A DNA stretch of 64,000 nucleotides from Eledone cirrhosa (lineage: Eukaryota): the NCBI GenBank assembly GCA_964016885.1, contig OZ024754.1:46128001-46192000 (forward strand), written 5' to 3'. Position 1 is the stretch's first letter. Every line of letters begins with the position of its first letter. Under the pieces are notes generated by a model. The model was not told the origin of the DNA. It ran no database searches and saw only the letters and a list, made by a program, of their open reading frames with translations. Positions 1 to 15,173 of this stretch are shown here, piece after piece. A program made the position numbers and the translations under genes.

Positions 1-659
1 GTTGTGTAAATTTCAATGAGAGAGTCTTGTGTCTATGTTAGAAACCGACTCTCTCTCTCTCTATTGGTAAAACTTTGTGAAATTATAAAACCAGAAGAAC
101 ATACATAGCTACGAAGATAAACGCAGTGACTGTAATATAAAATGAGAAAGAGTTAGATAGAAGGTCAAGAAAAGGCAATGAAGAACCGTTTGAGAGCCAG
201 AAATATGTACTGGAATCCGACATGCAAACATTAAGCTTTAAGTCCGTAATGGTTGCTATATATCAGTTTAAATAGAATAAAGAGAGAAATAATGTATATG
301 ATAAAGATAAGAGGAAATGACAGCCAGTCACATGTTGACACCTTAGCATTGAGAATGACTTTGATGGATAGCTGAGCAAAGTTGTGAAATATATTGGTAC
401 ACCTTAGCAAGGAGTTTACACTTCTGTTTCTCTGTTCTAGCACCTCCTTCTCACACACACACATAGACATACACACACACACACACACACATTTATATAT
501 ATATGTGTGTGTGTGTGTGCATGTGTGTATATATATACACTCACAAACACTCACATATATACACACACAGTCGCATACACACACTCACAAACACACACAC
601 ACACATAGACACACACAAACACTCACACAAAGACACACACATACACGCGCATATAAATG

Positions 660-660
<1 letters not shown>

Positions 661-716
<56 letters not shown>
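661..716. repeat. (GATA)n microsatellite at the LINE 3' end
   Basis: Direct reading. Confidence 0.97.
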
Positions 717-717
<1 letters not shown>

Positions 718-3700
718 TGTGTCTTTATTAGCCACAGGGGCACAAAAGAAGGGGACAAATACAAAGGGGGAAGTTTACATACAATAAAAACGTGTAAAAT
801 ATCACAAATGCAATTTAAAAAATTAGTCGATTTTCCCCAATAGGGGGAGTCAGTTCATATGGGTAACACATACCCCCGAAAAAATGTGCAACCCTCATCT
901 CCAGGAGTACGAAGAGTTTGTACTCCCTTCCTCTCCTCCTCCTTTTCCTCAACCTACAGGCTGGTATAGAAAGAAGGCCCATTCACTCGGGCCATTCTCG
1001 CCACTTTCACCCACCTTTCATAAAACTTGCTGGGGTACAGCACCTCTCTCTCCATCCTGATTCTTCTTCTAAAGTGGTATTTGAAAAAGGAATCAGTTGT
1101 TGGCCGGAGAGAAAGGTGTCTGACCTCAGCCCTTTCAACCTTGTCCACCATACAACCTCTTTCGCCATAGCTATCACACAAAGGAAAACCGCCTCTCCTT
1201 CGTTTTTGAAGGAGGGTGGCGGTTTGATCATGACAATGGACTCGGTGGTCAACCAGATTGGTCCCACCCGCGACAATAGTCGTTCTACATAGCCCCACAG
1301 GTCGGTGACGCCCGGGCAGTGTATAAATGCGTGCGCGATGGTTTTTTCGTCTCGCACGCATCTCGGACAGATCTTTTTTGCAGGGTCCCTGCCCGGGCGC
1401 CCATGTCTGTAGGTCTTGTCTCGAACTGGTAGAGCTCCTCGGTAGCACTGCCAGGCCAGGGACTTTTGGAAGTTGTCCATCGGTCCCGGGCGGAAGGTCC
1501 TACCGAACAGACTGGCCAGTTCATCTACCTCTACACCTAGAGTTTCCCCGAGCGCGCCGTCGCACTTGCTGCGGATCAACCCTCTATAGAATGACGAAGT
1601 GGAGTCTCCACTGATCGCCGGGTCCGCCTGCCAGAGGGCTGTGAGCGCCTGAGCACATTCGATGTGCCAGTCGCCCATTTTCCTCGGTCTTTGCTTGACC
1701 CAGGACTGCAGGTCGGTCAGCGAGACGAGTCGTGGGAAGGCTCGCCTCACGAACGGGGCCCACACCGGTTGTCCGGTGAGGAATACGCAGAGATGCCGCA
1801 GCCTGAGCGCGTGTTTGCGCATCGTCAACCACGGCATCCCCAGCCCTCCGTTGGAAGGGTATTGGCAGCAGATGGATCTTCTCACCAAAGGAGCCCGGCT
1901 CTTCCAAAGGAATTGGAAGAGTGCGCGCTCCATTTTGGCGAGCGTTTCCCTTGGGCAAGGCACGATGGTCATGCGGTAGTAGATGACGGACGCTATATAA
2001 GTGTTCGCCACCTCCGCCCGACCTTTCAGGAACAGTTTGCACACGGCCCACTTCTGGGTCAGTGCAAACACCCTGTTCGTTACCTCACTCCAGTTCTTCT
2101 CCACCAGGAGGTCTGGTCCGAACCAGACCCCGAGCAACTTCACCGGGCCCTCCATCCAGCGCCCGACGACGCCATCGGAGGGTATCGATTTGCCCCTCCA
2201 CGTGCCGAGTTGCAGACCGATCGACTTGTCCCGGTTCAGCTTAGCCCCTGTAAACCTTTCGTACTCCTCCAGTAAGGTGCCGATCGCCCCGATTTCCGAG
2301 GCCGTCGACACCATTACTGCTACGTCATCGGCGTAGGCCGACACCGCTTTCCGCAATCCCGGTTCCAACGGGATGCCCTGCAACAACTCCAACTTCCGCA
2401 GTGCTCTAGAGTCACTACATACAGAAGGGAGGAGAGAGGGCACCCTTGTCGGATGGACCGCGCGATTTCGAACGGTTCCGAGAGGTAGCCGTTCACCTTG
2501 ACCCTAGAGCAGATGCGGCTGCTGTGCATGGCATTGATCCAGCCCCTGAAAACAGGTCCGAAGCCTGCCGCCGCTAGCACCGCATCCAGGTAACGCCTTA
2601 GATTAATCCAAGTTGATCAGGGCCCCACCTAGCCGGGTTCGTTCCCAACCCTCTCTATGATGTATCGAATGAAGTGGAGGTTGTCGTGGATGGACCTGGA
2701 CGGGATAGCACATGTCTGTGCATCTCCTACCAGGTTGCCCACGACAAGCGCCAATCTCTTTGCTAGCACCTTGGCCAAAATCTGTAACTCTGTATTTAGC
2801 GGAGTTATGGGCCTGAAATTATTTATATCGTCCCCCTTGTTTTCGTCCTTCCTCACTAGCGTGACTATGCCCTTGGTCACAGCACAGGGAATTCTCCCGT
2901 TCTGTTGCCAGTTGCAGTAGACCGCCTCGAGGAGATCGGGGAACAAGTCCGGCATAGCTAAATATAGTTCGTATGGAAGACCATCGAGACCCGAGGATCT
3001 GCGTTTGCCGCATTGGCTCAGCACGTCCTCTATCTCAGCGGCTGAAATCGGCTCCTCGCAGGACTTCGCCTCCCTGTCCGGGAGACGCGGCAGGCCGTCG
3101 AGGTATGGACCGAAGTCCACTTCCCCAACCGACTCCCCGCACCTTCCGAACAATCTGGCAAAGTGGTTTTGAAAAGCCTCGCACATCTGCTTAGGTTCAA
3201 GGATCACCCGTCCATCCTGGTCTCGCAAAGACCGGATAGTGGATCTACTCCCTCTTTTGGCTTCTGTCGCGCGGGCCCAGCTAACAGCTTTGGTCCCCTC
3301 GTTTCCCAGAGCACGTATTTTGCTTCGGACGATGCAGCCTTCGTGTTTGGCGTCGAAGAACTGGCCCAGGGCCGTTCTCGACGCTAACACTCTGGCCACG
3401 TCGCCGCTTCTAATTGTCTCTTCTACACTATCTACCAATTCCCTTTCCTGCCTATTTCTATTTGAGGCTAACTCCTTACTAAATTCTATAGAGACTACTC
3501 TAATCTCTCTTTTGAGAGATCCCCACCACCTGCTGTTGACGATGGCGCCCGTCAACCGCTCCTTTACTAAAGTGCTAATCCGGTCCCTGTAAGCCTTACT
3601 TGCCGGTAAGGACAAGTTGAGCTTCCAGTAACCGGGTCCCTGTCTATGCGTTCTGTCAAGGTTGACCATGCAGGTCACTAACTTGTGATCTGAATAGCCA

Positions 3701-4012
3701 ACCATGCGCATTTTTTGACAACTTAAAAAGTCATTATCCTTATTTCTAACTAAGAACCTATCTAGGTACGACCTAGATGATCCGCTGCGGTTTGCCCAAG
3801 TCCAGGTTGGCGCAGTCGGAAAATCTAGTCGATATCTATCGGCCAGGTCAAATCGACCGATTAACCCTTTCTATCCCCTCTCTATCGGGACAGGCCCCTA
3901 CGTAGTCCCAACGTGCATCTAGGATACGATTCCAGTCCCCCACTAATAGCAAGGAGCGGGACGTCCCTAGAAAAGTCTCCAGACGATGGAAGAAGTCCCG
4001 CCGCATTGACCC
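717..4012 (-). mobile_element. 5'-truncated Tx1/L1-clade LINE, ORF2 pseudogene (partial APE endonuclease, RT, CCHC)
   Basis: Frameshifted segments carry GDWN, SDHK..PGYWKLN, G.DGLPYE, FRPIT.LN, RQGCPLS, YADD and CPRC..ETIAHAFIHC. There is a premature TAA and a deletion near 2600. The 3' UTR has AATAAA and then runs into (TATC)n. Confidence 0.93.
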
Positions 4013-4119
<107 letters not shown>

Positions 4120-4535
4120 CAAGAGTATTTGTAAATATCAATAGGATTGGTTGCCATGAGAAATGAACAAATCTGATGTTTCGGACATAAGCCCTTCAAC
4201 ACAGTAAGGATACCTAAAAAGAGGGGAGGAAAGTTCTTCTTCTTCTTCGTCGTCACCTTCTTCTTCAATGCTACTGTTTCTGTCAATATTACAGGAAGTT
4301 TGAAGATGCAATCTGTAATTCTTCCTTCTCCGTTATTTCCGGTTCTAAATAGCGTTTCTTCCGCCTGGAATATCTCCAACAGCATCATAAAACTAAATCG
4401 CTTGTTCCATACATGCTCCACTTCCGATTTCTCTCGTGACCTAAACTTCCGTTCACACAAGCATTCTCTACTACACAGTCACATCTCTTACATAATTTCA
4501 TTATCTCACAGTCTTCCCCTCTTTCTCTGTCCGTT

Positions 4536-5338
<803 letters not shown>

Positions 5339-5719
5339 CACTGCTAGCAATTGTGTCTGTGGCTGGTGTCCAACTAAATGTCAGATACTGTCAGATTCCT
5401 TTTTACTCATCTTAGTTATCAGTAGAAGCGGAAATAGATAATGTCTTCTATTAGACGCAGTTGATGTTGAGGGAGAAGAAACATCCTTACTTCCGGTAAC
5501 TACTCAACGATTATTTATATAACAAACGTCACCGACTCCGCTCCCTTTAAGCCATAGAACAGTGATTCACACAGAATGGAATGGAAAAATATCTAGAATC
5601 AAGTTGTTCTTAAATGCCGCCATATTTTTTTTCTGGCTGGTCGGTCCTGTAATGTCCGTGGGTCGTTGGAATATATATTGTTGAAGTGATTGCTGCTGGG
5701 TCATTGAAGTATATAATTG

Positions 5720-6211
5720 GAGTAATTCTCGCGGGTTGGTGGTAGTTGGTATATATCTCTAGAGTAATTCTCGCGGATCGTTGGTAGTTGGTATATATCT
5801 CTAGAGTAATTCTCGCGGATCGTTGGTAGTTGGTATATATCTCTAGAGTAATTCTCGCGGGTTGTTGGTAGTTGGTATATATCTCTAGAGTAATTCTCGC
5901 GGATCGTTGGTAGTTGGTATATATCTCTAGAGTAATTCTCGCGGGTTGTTGGTAGTTGGTATATATCTCTAGAGTAATTCTCGCGGATCGTTGGTAGTTG
6001 GTATATATCTCTAGAGTAATTCTCGCGGGTTGTTGGTAGTTGGTATATATCTCTAGAGTAATTCTCGCGGGTTGTTGGTAGTTGGTATATATCTCTAGAG
6101 TAATTCTCGCGGGTTGTTGGTAGTTGGTATATATCTCTAGAGTAATTCTCGCGGATCGTTGGTAGTTGGTATATATCTCTAGAGTAATTTTCGCGGGTCG
6201 TTGATATATAT
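5720..6211. repeat. 42-bp minisatellite, about 11.5 copies, followed by (GAAA)n
   Basis: Unit GAGTAATTCTCGCGG(A/G)T(C/T)GTTGGTAGTTGGTATATATCTCTA. Confidence 0.95.
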
Positions 6212-6213
6212 CA

Positions 6214-6289
<76 letters not shown>

Positions 6290-6425
6290 AACTGGTTGCT
6301 TGAAAGATTCTTCTAGTGGAACTGAAGTGAAAGAAATGTGTTAGAAACACCTTCTATATTTTCTTTTCAAATTTTTAGCTCTGGTTATTCCATAATGACA
6401 ACATATAGAATATATAATATTACAT

Positions 6426-6820
6426 AACAGCAGCAGCAACAGCAGCAGCAACAGCAGCAACAACAACAGCAGTGACAACGACAGCAGCAGCAACAATAAC
6501 AGCAGTAACAACAGCAGCAACAGCTGCAACAGCAGCAACAGCAGCAACAGCAACAACAACAACAGTGAAAACAACAACAGCAACAACAACAGCAGCAACA
6601 ACAGTGACAACAACAACAGCAGCAACAACCACAATAACAATAACAATGGCAGTGACGCCAACGACAGCAACAACAACGACAATGAATTTGAGCGTGATAT
6701 TAGTAAAGACGAAAACGATAGCGACCTGGTGGTGGTGGTGGTGAGAAGAAGATGATGATGATGATGATGAGGATGAAGATGATGATGACGGCGATGACGA
6801 CGATGACAACGACGACGATA
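6426..6820. repeat. CAG/CAA and GAT/GAC trinucleotide tracts
   Basis: Direct reading. Confidence 0.9.
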
Positions 6821-7666
6821 AATGGCGGCACAAAAGAAAGTATGTAAGTAAAGAAGAAAATAAAAATACAAGGCAAACGAGTATTTATCGAGATCTTGTT
6901 TCGAACGAAGTTAATAATAATCGATTCAGATTTTACTAATTCAATTTCAACCGGGAGATTTGGCTTTATTTGTTATATTCCGGAAAGAAAGCCTAGCTAA
7001 CGGAGCTGCAGTGTAGGACAACGGACGGCCATTGAAATTGCAGACGACAATTTAAAGAAAGACGGTGTTTCAATGCACAGACGACTGAAAGAAGGCGGCA
7101 ATTCAATGAACAGACGAAATGAATAACCCAATGAAGATGATGATGATAATAATATCAATAATAATAACAACAACGACGACGACGACGACAACGGTGATGA
7201 TGTTGATGATGATGGTGATGAAATGATAGTAGCAACTAAATTTCTTTGTTTTTTCTTCAATGCTTTCTTCTTATTTTACTCAATGTTGTTGTTATAAACA
7301 GTTTTCTAAAACTGAAATGTATGAAATATTGTGATGTTGTGTGACATGGGGTAATGTAAAAATAGGGAATTGTGGAAATATGGCAGAGCTATTGAAGTAC
7401 GGGTGTTTATTCTATAGAGGTTAATGTAGTGTCTAAAGGTGTGGGGATCAGTAGTTAGTGTGTTAGGCTCATGGAGTTACTAGTGATGTTTAGTTTAATC
7501 TGGGACCTGATCGAGCATACCCGTGATCAAAAACGTTCCATCGGGGGGGGGGGGGGTTACATGTCTATGGCTGCATTGTATTATCCTTTCTTTCTTAAAA
7601 CGTTAGAGAGAATATTTGGAGCTGATTAGGCGATTATTTCTGGCCGGTCGAGAGACCGTGCAAAAG

Positions 7667-7727
<61 letters not shown>

Positions 7728-7842
7728 TATCGCTTGTTTACATTATTCAAAGTGTCCTTTCCTCTTAAAAACCGCTTGATGTGATTTGAGGGTAATTTCA
7801 CTGCTATTTCTAGACTACATAGTTGGAGGCAGGGTTGCTGTT

Positions 7843-7980
7843 GAAGAAGAAGAAGAAGAAGAAGAAGAAGAAGAAGAAGAAGAAGAAGAAGAAGAAGAAG
7901 AAGAAGAAGAAGAAGAAGAAGAAGAAGAAGAAGAAGAAGAAGAAGAAGAAGAAGAAGAAGAAGAAGAAGAAGAAGAAGAA
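7843..7980. repeat. Pure (GAA)n tract, about 46 units
   Basis: Direct reading. Confidence 0.97.
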
Positions 7981-8167
7981 TGATGATGTGTGCAGTAACA
8001 AAAGAGAAGGTTTAAATGAAGATGTTCTATCTTCTTTTAAAACGTCCTCCATCTTGGAACCTTTTGAAATGTTTGGCCAATCGTTTTACGTCTTTTGTGT
8101 AACCAGATGTACTGAATGTCGTCCAAACACTTCATATCGATCATCTCACTACATCGTTCTATGTGTG

Positions 8168-8205
<38 letters not shown>

Positions 8206-8654
8206 AAAAACCACAGACCCTCCATCTCAACTCTACTTTTGAAAAGCAGAAGAACTGCGAAACCGGTAAAGGAACCAAATAAATATATATATTTTTTTTT
8301 TAAAAGACTCCACTTGCATTTTCGATTTCATCTTTTTTCCTTATACTTTCACTCGTGTAGGACACCTTGGTTATTTTTCATTTTGTAAAAAAAACCTCAC
8401 TTTCTAATATATATATATATATATATACATATATATACATATATATACTTATTTATTTACGCAAATATATCGATACATATATTCACATATATATATGTGT
8501 GTCTGTGTGTGTGTGTATGTGCGTATGTATGTATGTATATATACACACATTATATACATTTATCTATCCATATACGTACCCAGACATCAGACAGATATTT
8601 CCACCCCATCAATATCGTTTCATTGCAATCTTTTATTGGAGGTTTAACATTTCT

Positions 8655-9268
8655 ATCATCATCATCAACATCACCGCATCATCATTATCACCATCATCAC
8701 TATCATAATATTCTACATCACAGCCTCAGCCTCATCATCACCACAGCCACCACCACCACCATCACCACCATCACCACCACCTCCATCACCACCACCATCA
8801 TCACCACCACCACCACCACCACTACCATCACCACCACCATCATCACCGTCGCCTCAACCACCACCCTCACTATCACCACCATCAAACTAACACCACCACC
8901 ACCACCATCATCACCACCACCATCATCACCATCACCATCACCACCATCACCACCACCAGCACCATCACCACCACCACCACCACTACAACTACCACCACCA
9001 TCATCACCACCACCATCGCCATCGCCATCACCACCATCATCACCATGACCAACATCACCATCATCACCACCATCACCATCAACACCACCATCACCACCAC
9101 CATCACCATCACCACCACCACCACCACCACCATCATCACCGTCACCTCAACCACCACCCTCACTATCACCATCAAACTAACACCACCACCACCACCACCA
9201 CTACCACCAGCACCATCACCACCACCACCACCAGCACCATCACCACCACCACCATCATCATCACTACT
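8655..9268. repeat. CAC/CAT trinucleotide tract with an internal block duplication
   Basis: Block CATCACCGTC..CTCAACCACCACCCTCACTATCACC..AAACTAACACC occurs near 8840 and near 9135. Confidence 0.9.
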
Positions 9269-11170
9269 ATTATTTCTTTACAAATACCTTCATTTATTTT
9301 CGTTTTTATTCCGTTATTTTTACCAATATTTATTTTTTATCGAACATTACTTTCTTTTATTTTATTTTATTTTATTTTATTTCATTTTATTTTATTTGTT
9401 TTATTTTATTTCGGTCTATGTTTTGTTTTATTTTTATATATTTTATTTATTGTGAACCAATTTAACGGTTTTGAATACAACAGAGTAACTATCACCACAC
9501 ACATACATACACATACACAACAGAGTAACTATCACCGCTACCACACACACACATCCCTCTCTTGCCATTCTCTTTTTTTCTTTATTTAATACCATTCTAT
9601 AAGTTATACACTGATTTTATACATTTGTGTTTGTGTATATATATATATATATATACATATATACATATATATATATATACATATACATATATATACATAC
9701 ATAGATATATTTACGAAAGAATATATATATATATATATGAACATATATGCATGTGTTTGTTTATGTATATTTATTTTAAGTTGATTTCTTTTTTCATATT
9801 TAGACAGATATATATATGTGTACGTGTGTATGTGTATGTGTGCGTGTACTCACATACATATACATGCATACATACATTCAAATGCACACATACATACATA
9901 TAAGTACAACTGTATACACGCACACATACACATGTGCGTATGTGTGTGTGTTATTGTATGCGTGTGCAAGTCTCGTTTACATGTGTACGTGTATGTGATG
10001 GTAGTTGCGTGCGAGTTTGTATTTGTTTGAAGGTTATGTGTGATATTGATTTAATAACACACGATATATTATATCACATCCGTTTATCTCTAATAAAGAA
10101 ACCGCGTAAAATGATATCTGCTGATGGAAATAGCTAATAAAATTTCCGACTAAGGACCGGACAGTTGGCGTTTATCCGCTTCGCTTGCTGTTTTGATGTT
10201 TTTATTCAGATAAAACGGACGTGTTGCTTTTCAAAAATGGCCGTCATTCTGAAAAGAGTGCTAATTGCAAACGCTGTCCTCCGTCATTCATAAAGTTGGG
10301 ATGTGGATGTTGAAGTTTGGATAGGAGTGGAGGAGGAGAGTTATGATAAAAAAAAAAAAAATGGAGATAGAGTTGATGAAGAAAGAGAAGGATAGAAGCA
10401 ATGGCGGTATCGATAGGAACGATAGCAGAAGTTGCTGCGGCTGCCAATAGCAGTAAAGAAACCATTTCTAAAGTAACATCAAGTTTATTTATTCACAAAT
10501 ATCAGTTCAAACGTACTTACACACATTTATACATACACACACACGCACACATATACATCCATAGATAGGCACAAATGAATGTGTGTATTGCTGCACACGC
10601 GCACACACATACATACATATATACGCAAGCGTGCATACATACATATATACGCAAGCGTGCATACATACCTACTTACATATATATATATATTGGTACAAAT
10701 AAACATTAACACACATACAGAAATACACACACACACACAAACAGATAAGTTCAATTCAAATAGTTAATAGAGAGGAGAGATTGAGAGAGAAAAAGAGAGA
10801 AGTGTGTGACAGAGAGAATGTGAGAGAGAGAGATAGAAAGAGAGAAGTGTGTGACAGAGAGAATGTGAGAGAGAAAGAGAGAAGTGTGTGACAGAGAGAA
10901 TGTGAGAGAGAGAGAGAGAGAGAAAGAGAATAAGTCTGTATACAATATTTTTACCATTCAGTTAAGTCAACAGAAATGGTAAAGAACCAGATGGAAGGAA
11001 TTGAAAATATCTCGTTTGATACTTCCACCATCTCAGATGAAATATTTCATGTCTTCCTTTAAAATCTATCCTTCAGAGATCGATATAATACGAGTACAAT
11101 ATACTGCCACCATTCGTGGTTCCGGTTATTCGCAGAATTTTTACATATATATATATATATGTACATATGT

Positions 11171-11440
11171 GGAGGCACGTGGCCTAGTGGTAAGCATGTA
11201 GGACTTATGATCATAATGTCGTCAGTTCAATTCCTGGGCTGGGTTGTGTGTTGTCTTGAGCAAAATACTTCATTTCACGTTGCTCCAGCATGCTCAGCTG
11301 AAAATGAGTACCTAGGGGTATAACCCTGCAATGGACTGGTGTCCTGTCCAGGGGGCAGTCTTGTACTCTCAGTCACTTCACACCATGAAACTGGGATAAG
11401 CACCCGCCTTACAAGCTTTCTGGCTTAAGACAGACTTTAG
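11171..11440 (+). mobile_element. tRNA-derived SINE, family B
   Basis: A-box TGGCCTAGTGG and B-box-like AGTTCAATTCC; core ATTTCACGTTGCTCCAG..CTCAGCTG is shared with other copies in the window. Confidence 0.8.
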
Positions 11441-11736
11441 ACTTAGATATGTACATGTGTGTACTGACTTTGTCCATGACTCATCCAGATCAGACCAAGG
11501 TGACTATTTTTTTTCCATTGGTCTTTCCATTACTGATACTACCTGTTGGTTACACCTAGCAGGAGGAAAGACTTGAACAATTAGCATGTCATTAAACTCT
11601 AACAACTCTGCCAATTTGCTGCCATATATATCGAAACATCCCCGACCCACAGCAGACAACTGAAGACAACTATATTTCCAAACACTCGTTTTTTAGTAAC
11701 CACACAGCACCTTGATCCCTCTCTCTCTCTCTCTCT

Positions 11737-11832
<96 letters not shown>

Positions 11833-11833
11833 G

Positions 11834-11873
<40 letters not shown>

Positions 11874-12502
11874 TGTGCAAGCATGACTCTATAAGAATGC
11901 AAGTTAAAAAAAAAAATAATCCAGTTGGGTTTGTTAATTAAAAACAGATTAACAAAGGTAAATCACTCCAACTCTTCATGGTCTTTAATAATAACAATAA
12001 TAATGTCTTTATTGCCACAAGGAGGGGGGGTGAAATAAGAACAGTACAAAGATGAATTAGTAGAGCGTTTACATCAAGTAAAATGTACAATACAAATGAT
12101 GGAAAGATACACCTTGAGCCAATCAAGAGATCCCAGTTCCTAGAGCATCCTGATTATGTAGAGCAAGTGGTGCCATCTCTCAATCCAGCAAGCCATACTA
12201 ACTATTCTCACATGTGGTTCTTGTTAAGGTTTTGGTTTTTGTGTTGTTGTTGTGGTGGTGGTGGTGGTGGAGAGTTGCTAAGCAGATTCTTTGGTGTCCC
12301 ACCCACCACAGCCATTGTCATGTCAAATTTCCAGGGTTTTTTTTTCTTAAGCTGAGTTAACCAGAGCTAATTTGTCCTTTGACTCAGAAACCACGACCTA
12401 CCACCTGACTGACCTCCACTCTTTGATAAGGAGTTAAAGGAAAGCGAAGCATGTTCATGCATGTGCAAGTGTGAAGATGTGCTCATGATGCTGTTGTTTT
12501 AA

Positions 12503-12827
12503 CCCTTTAGCATTTAAACCGGTCATATCTGGCCAGAATTCTCTCACCCCTTTCTGTTCAAATTGGCTGTAACCGGCCGCTCATACTGATGTTAAGGTAT
12601 TGTTCTCAAAATAAATAATATCAAAATCTTATAGATTCGATATTATGTGAGGTAAAGCCTTTAACCTGAAAATATAACAGTACAGGGTGGCCCAAAAGTC
12701 GCAATACATAGGAAATTTTCTATATTTATTTATTTTTAATAAATTGTTTTCTTATAAAACATAATTATTTTTTTTATGTATCGCAACTTTTGGTCCATCC
12801 TATATATATAATGTAAATACTAAAGGG
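12503..12827. mobile_element. piggyBac-type MITE (TTAA TSD) carrying a nested MITE
   Basis: TTAA|CCCTTTAGCATTTA...TAAATACTAAAGGG|TTAA. Confidence 0.88.
12683..12802. mobile_element. Tc1/mariner-type MITE (TA TSD) nested in the piggyBac-type MITE
   Basis: TA|CAGGGTGGCCCAAAAGTCGCAATACATA...TATGTATCGCAACTTTTGGTCCATCCTA|TA; absent from the other MITE copies. Confidence 0.82.
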
Positions 12828-14474
12828 TTAAAAGAGAAGTTTATTCCTGTAAAGCTTTCTTTCTTGGTCAGTGTATCCATGTTCTGGCTAACTGGTGACA
12901 ATTTTATGTTTGTACTTGGTGTTGGCAGCTGAGCAGGAATTCTCTTTTATTGTTTCTTTGCTGCAGGCAGAAGGCCCTTATGTAGCAGCTGCTATGCCCC
13001 ACTGTGGCCTCCTCGTAATATCACCTCCACCTCAACATCGAGTTCAGGTCCAGTCGACAGAAGTATTTTTTCAGGAATTTCATCCACTTCATCTTGCGTA
13101 ATCTGCAAATGAACTTCTACGCCAAAGCCCCAAATAGTTTGAGGTAACCTATACACATTCAATATTTCTGCATTATCATTTGGTAACACTGCTGCCACAA
13201 CCCACACAACTTCTATGTATGGTGGCACTTGCATCACCCTCACCTTCACCATTCGGTGTGTCATGTTGATAGGAATGAAGGTGAAATCTTCACTTCTACA
13301 AACGGCAATGGACTGCCTCTTTGCAGCGTTGTTTCAGCTAGCTGCTGTTGCTGCTGCTAATTATGACAGTGGATGTTGTATTGTTACTGTTGTACTTGGT
13401 GTTAGTGGGGTCGGTCTTAATTATAATAGCTCTGCTTGTTAAATAGTAAGAGTACTAGAAATCTTTGCAATCAGCTACGCGCTTCTTTGTGACTATGGTG
13501 GTGGGAGTGGCTTTGGTGAAGTCGCACGATCAACAGTGTTGGTTGCTGCTGCTGACGGTTTTTTACCAAAGGTTTTGGAGTGTAAATAATGTGACTTCTA
13601 TGCCAAAAAGAAAATAGCAAATTTATGCAGAATACTATTTTAAGTATATTTTTCCCTCTTCAGAAAGCGTTTGTTAATGTAAATTTCTCAATAAACGAGA
13701 TGGTGTAGGACAGAACAAAGGAAATAAGAAACCAGTCACCGAAGAGGTCACAGAATGTGTGACGAAAGTACTTTGTTATTATATCACAAATAATAACAAT
13801 TATATTGGTGTGGAATGAAACAAGAAAACTCAATCCAGAATTGTTATTGAAGCTGCATTGTTAAGATATTATTCAACACAGTTTCAGATATCACTGTTCA
13901 CTTAACCTTTAGCATGCTGGAGGCGATAAAATGCACACAGAGTAATCTTCCCTTAATAGATAATGCAGTGTCAAGGGAAACAACTAGCGTGCTTAAGATT
14001 AAAGCAAGTGAAGTATGCAACAGCCAATTCCGTTTTACCACTGTTTATCTTACTATTTACACTCAGAGTTTTATTTTCCAGCTTGTTTCCTCAACATGTG
14101 GTAGATACGTTCCTTTAGCCAGCTTTGATTGTGGGGGATGTAGGTGTTGGTGCTTTTCTGAAATCTACAACAGAGAATAAACTAAAATAATACAATACAA
14201 AAAAAAAATTTGTTTTAAATGGATGAGAGACAATGATTTTACATCATCACCACCCCTCCAACTCATATTGAGTGTATTTATGTGTGTGTATCCTGTTCAA
14301 CCAATGCCAGAATGGAAAAACAGATATAAAACGGTGATGGTGATTAACACATCATGTACATAAATAGAAGAAATTAATATATATATATATATATAATAAA
14401 AGGGAACAAAGAATCAGTATTGCATCATATACATATTTAATTACATATATATGTGTGTATGTATGTATATATAT

Positions 14475-15173
14475 ATCATCATCATCATCGTTTAACGTCC
14501 ATATTCCACACTTGCATGGGTTTGGACGGGAGTTTTCCCACTTGAGGCAAGAGTGGTTGTCTTGCCCGCATAGGACTGTCTGGCGGGTTTTCTACAGCTG
14601 GATGCCCTTCCTAACACCAACCACATTTACAGTGTGGGACTGGGAAGTTTTTACCGTGTTACCTACATGGCCACATTACAGCGTGGACTGTGTGTTGTTT
14701 TTTTTTGTCGTGACACCTACACGACCTCATTTATTTCGGCCTGGATGGCGTGGTACCAACATAACTTTACATTGAAAGGGGCAGTGTGGATGGGGTGGGG
14801 GTGGTGGGACGGGGGGTGTATTTTGTTAGAGGTGCCTACTGACTGTAGTAGGTTTTACTTTGTATTTAGGTAAGGCGGGTCTTCTCTATTACTGAGTACC
14901 GCCATAGATCTCGGTCCAGTGACATTGTCTTGGAGAGGTGTAAGTGTGTGAGGTCGGAATTTATCAAGTCGTCCCAGGTTTTTCTGGGTCTGCCTACTCC
15001 GTGGCTACCGTCTATTTTTATTGCCCTGCACTTTTTTATACAGCTGTCGTCTTTCATGCGCATCACGTGACCATACCAACGTAGCCTTCTCTCGAGTAAA
15101 CAACATCTGATCCCTCTTATTTCTAATTTTTCCCTTAGTTCGTTAATGCTTTGCCGTTCACGTATATTACTAT

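Larger units (their letters stand above)
11985..13300 (-). mobile_element. Old, internally deleted Tx1/L1-like element (ORF1-like remnant plus 3' end)
   Basis: The 3' end TCTTTATTGCCACAAGG with an (ATT)n tail resembles the end of the 717-4012 element. ORF 12992-13264 (VKVRVMQVPPYIEVVWVVAAVL..) is followed by a decayed knuckle-like region. Family assignment is an inference. Confidence 0.4.

Noticed and set aside
918-3592. Plus-strand ORFs overlapping the Tx1 element
   Set aside because: Antisense shadows of GC-rich ORF2 with no recognisable motifs.
6341-9455. Poly-L, poly-E, poly-K and poly-P ORFs as a protein-coding gene
   Set aside because: Explained by trinucleotide tracts; no domain or splice evidence.
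10225-10250. YY1-like AAAATGGCCG motif (and an ETS-like CCGGAAGT near 24340) as promoters
   Set aside because: Single short motifs with no linked transcript evidence.
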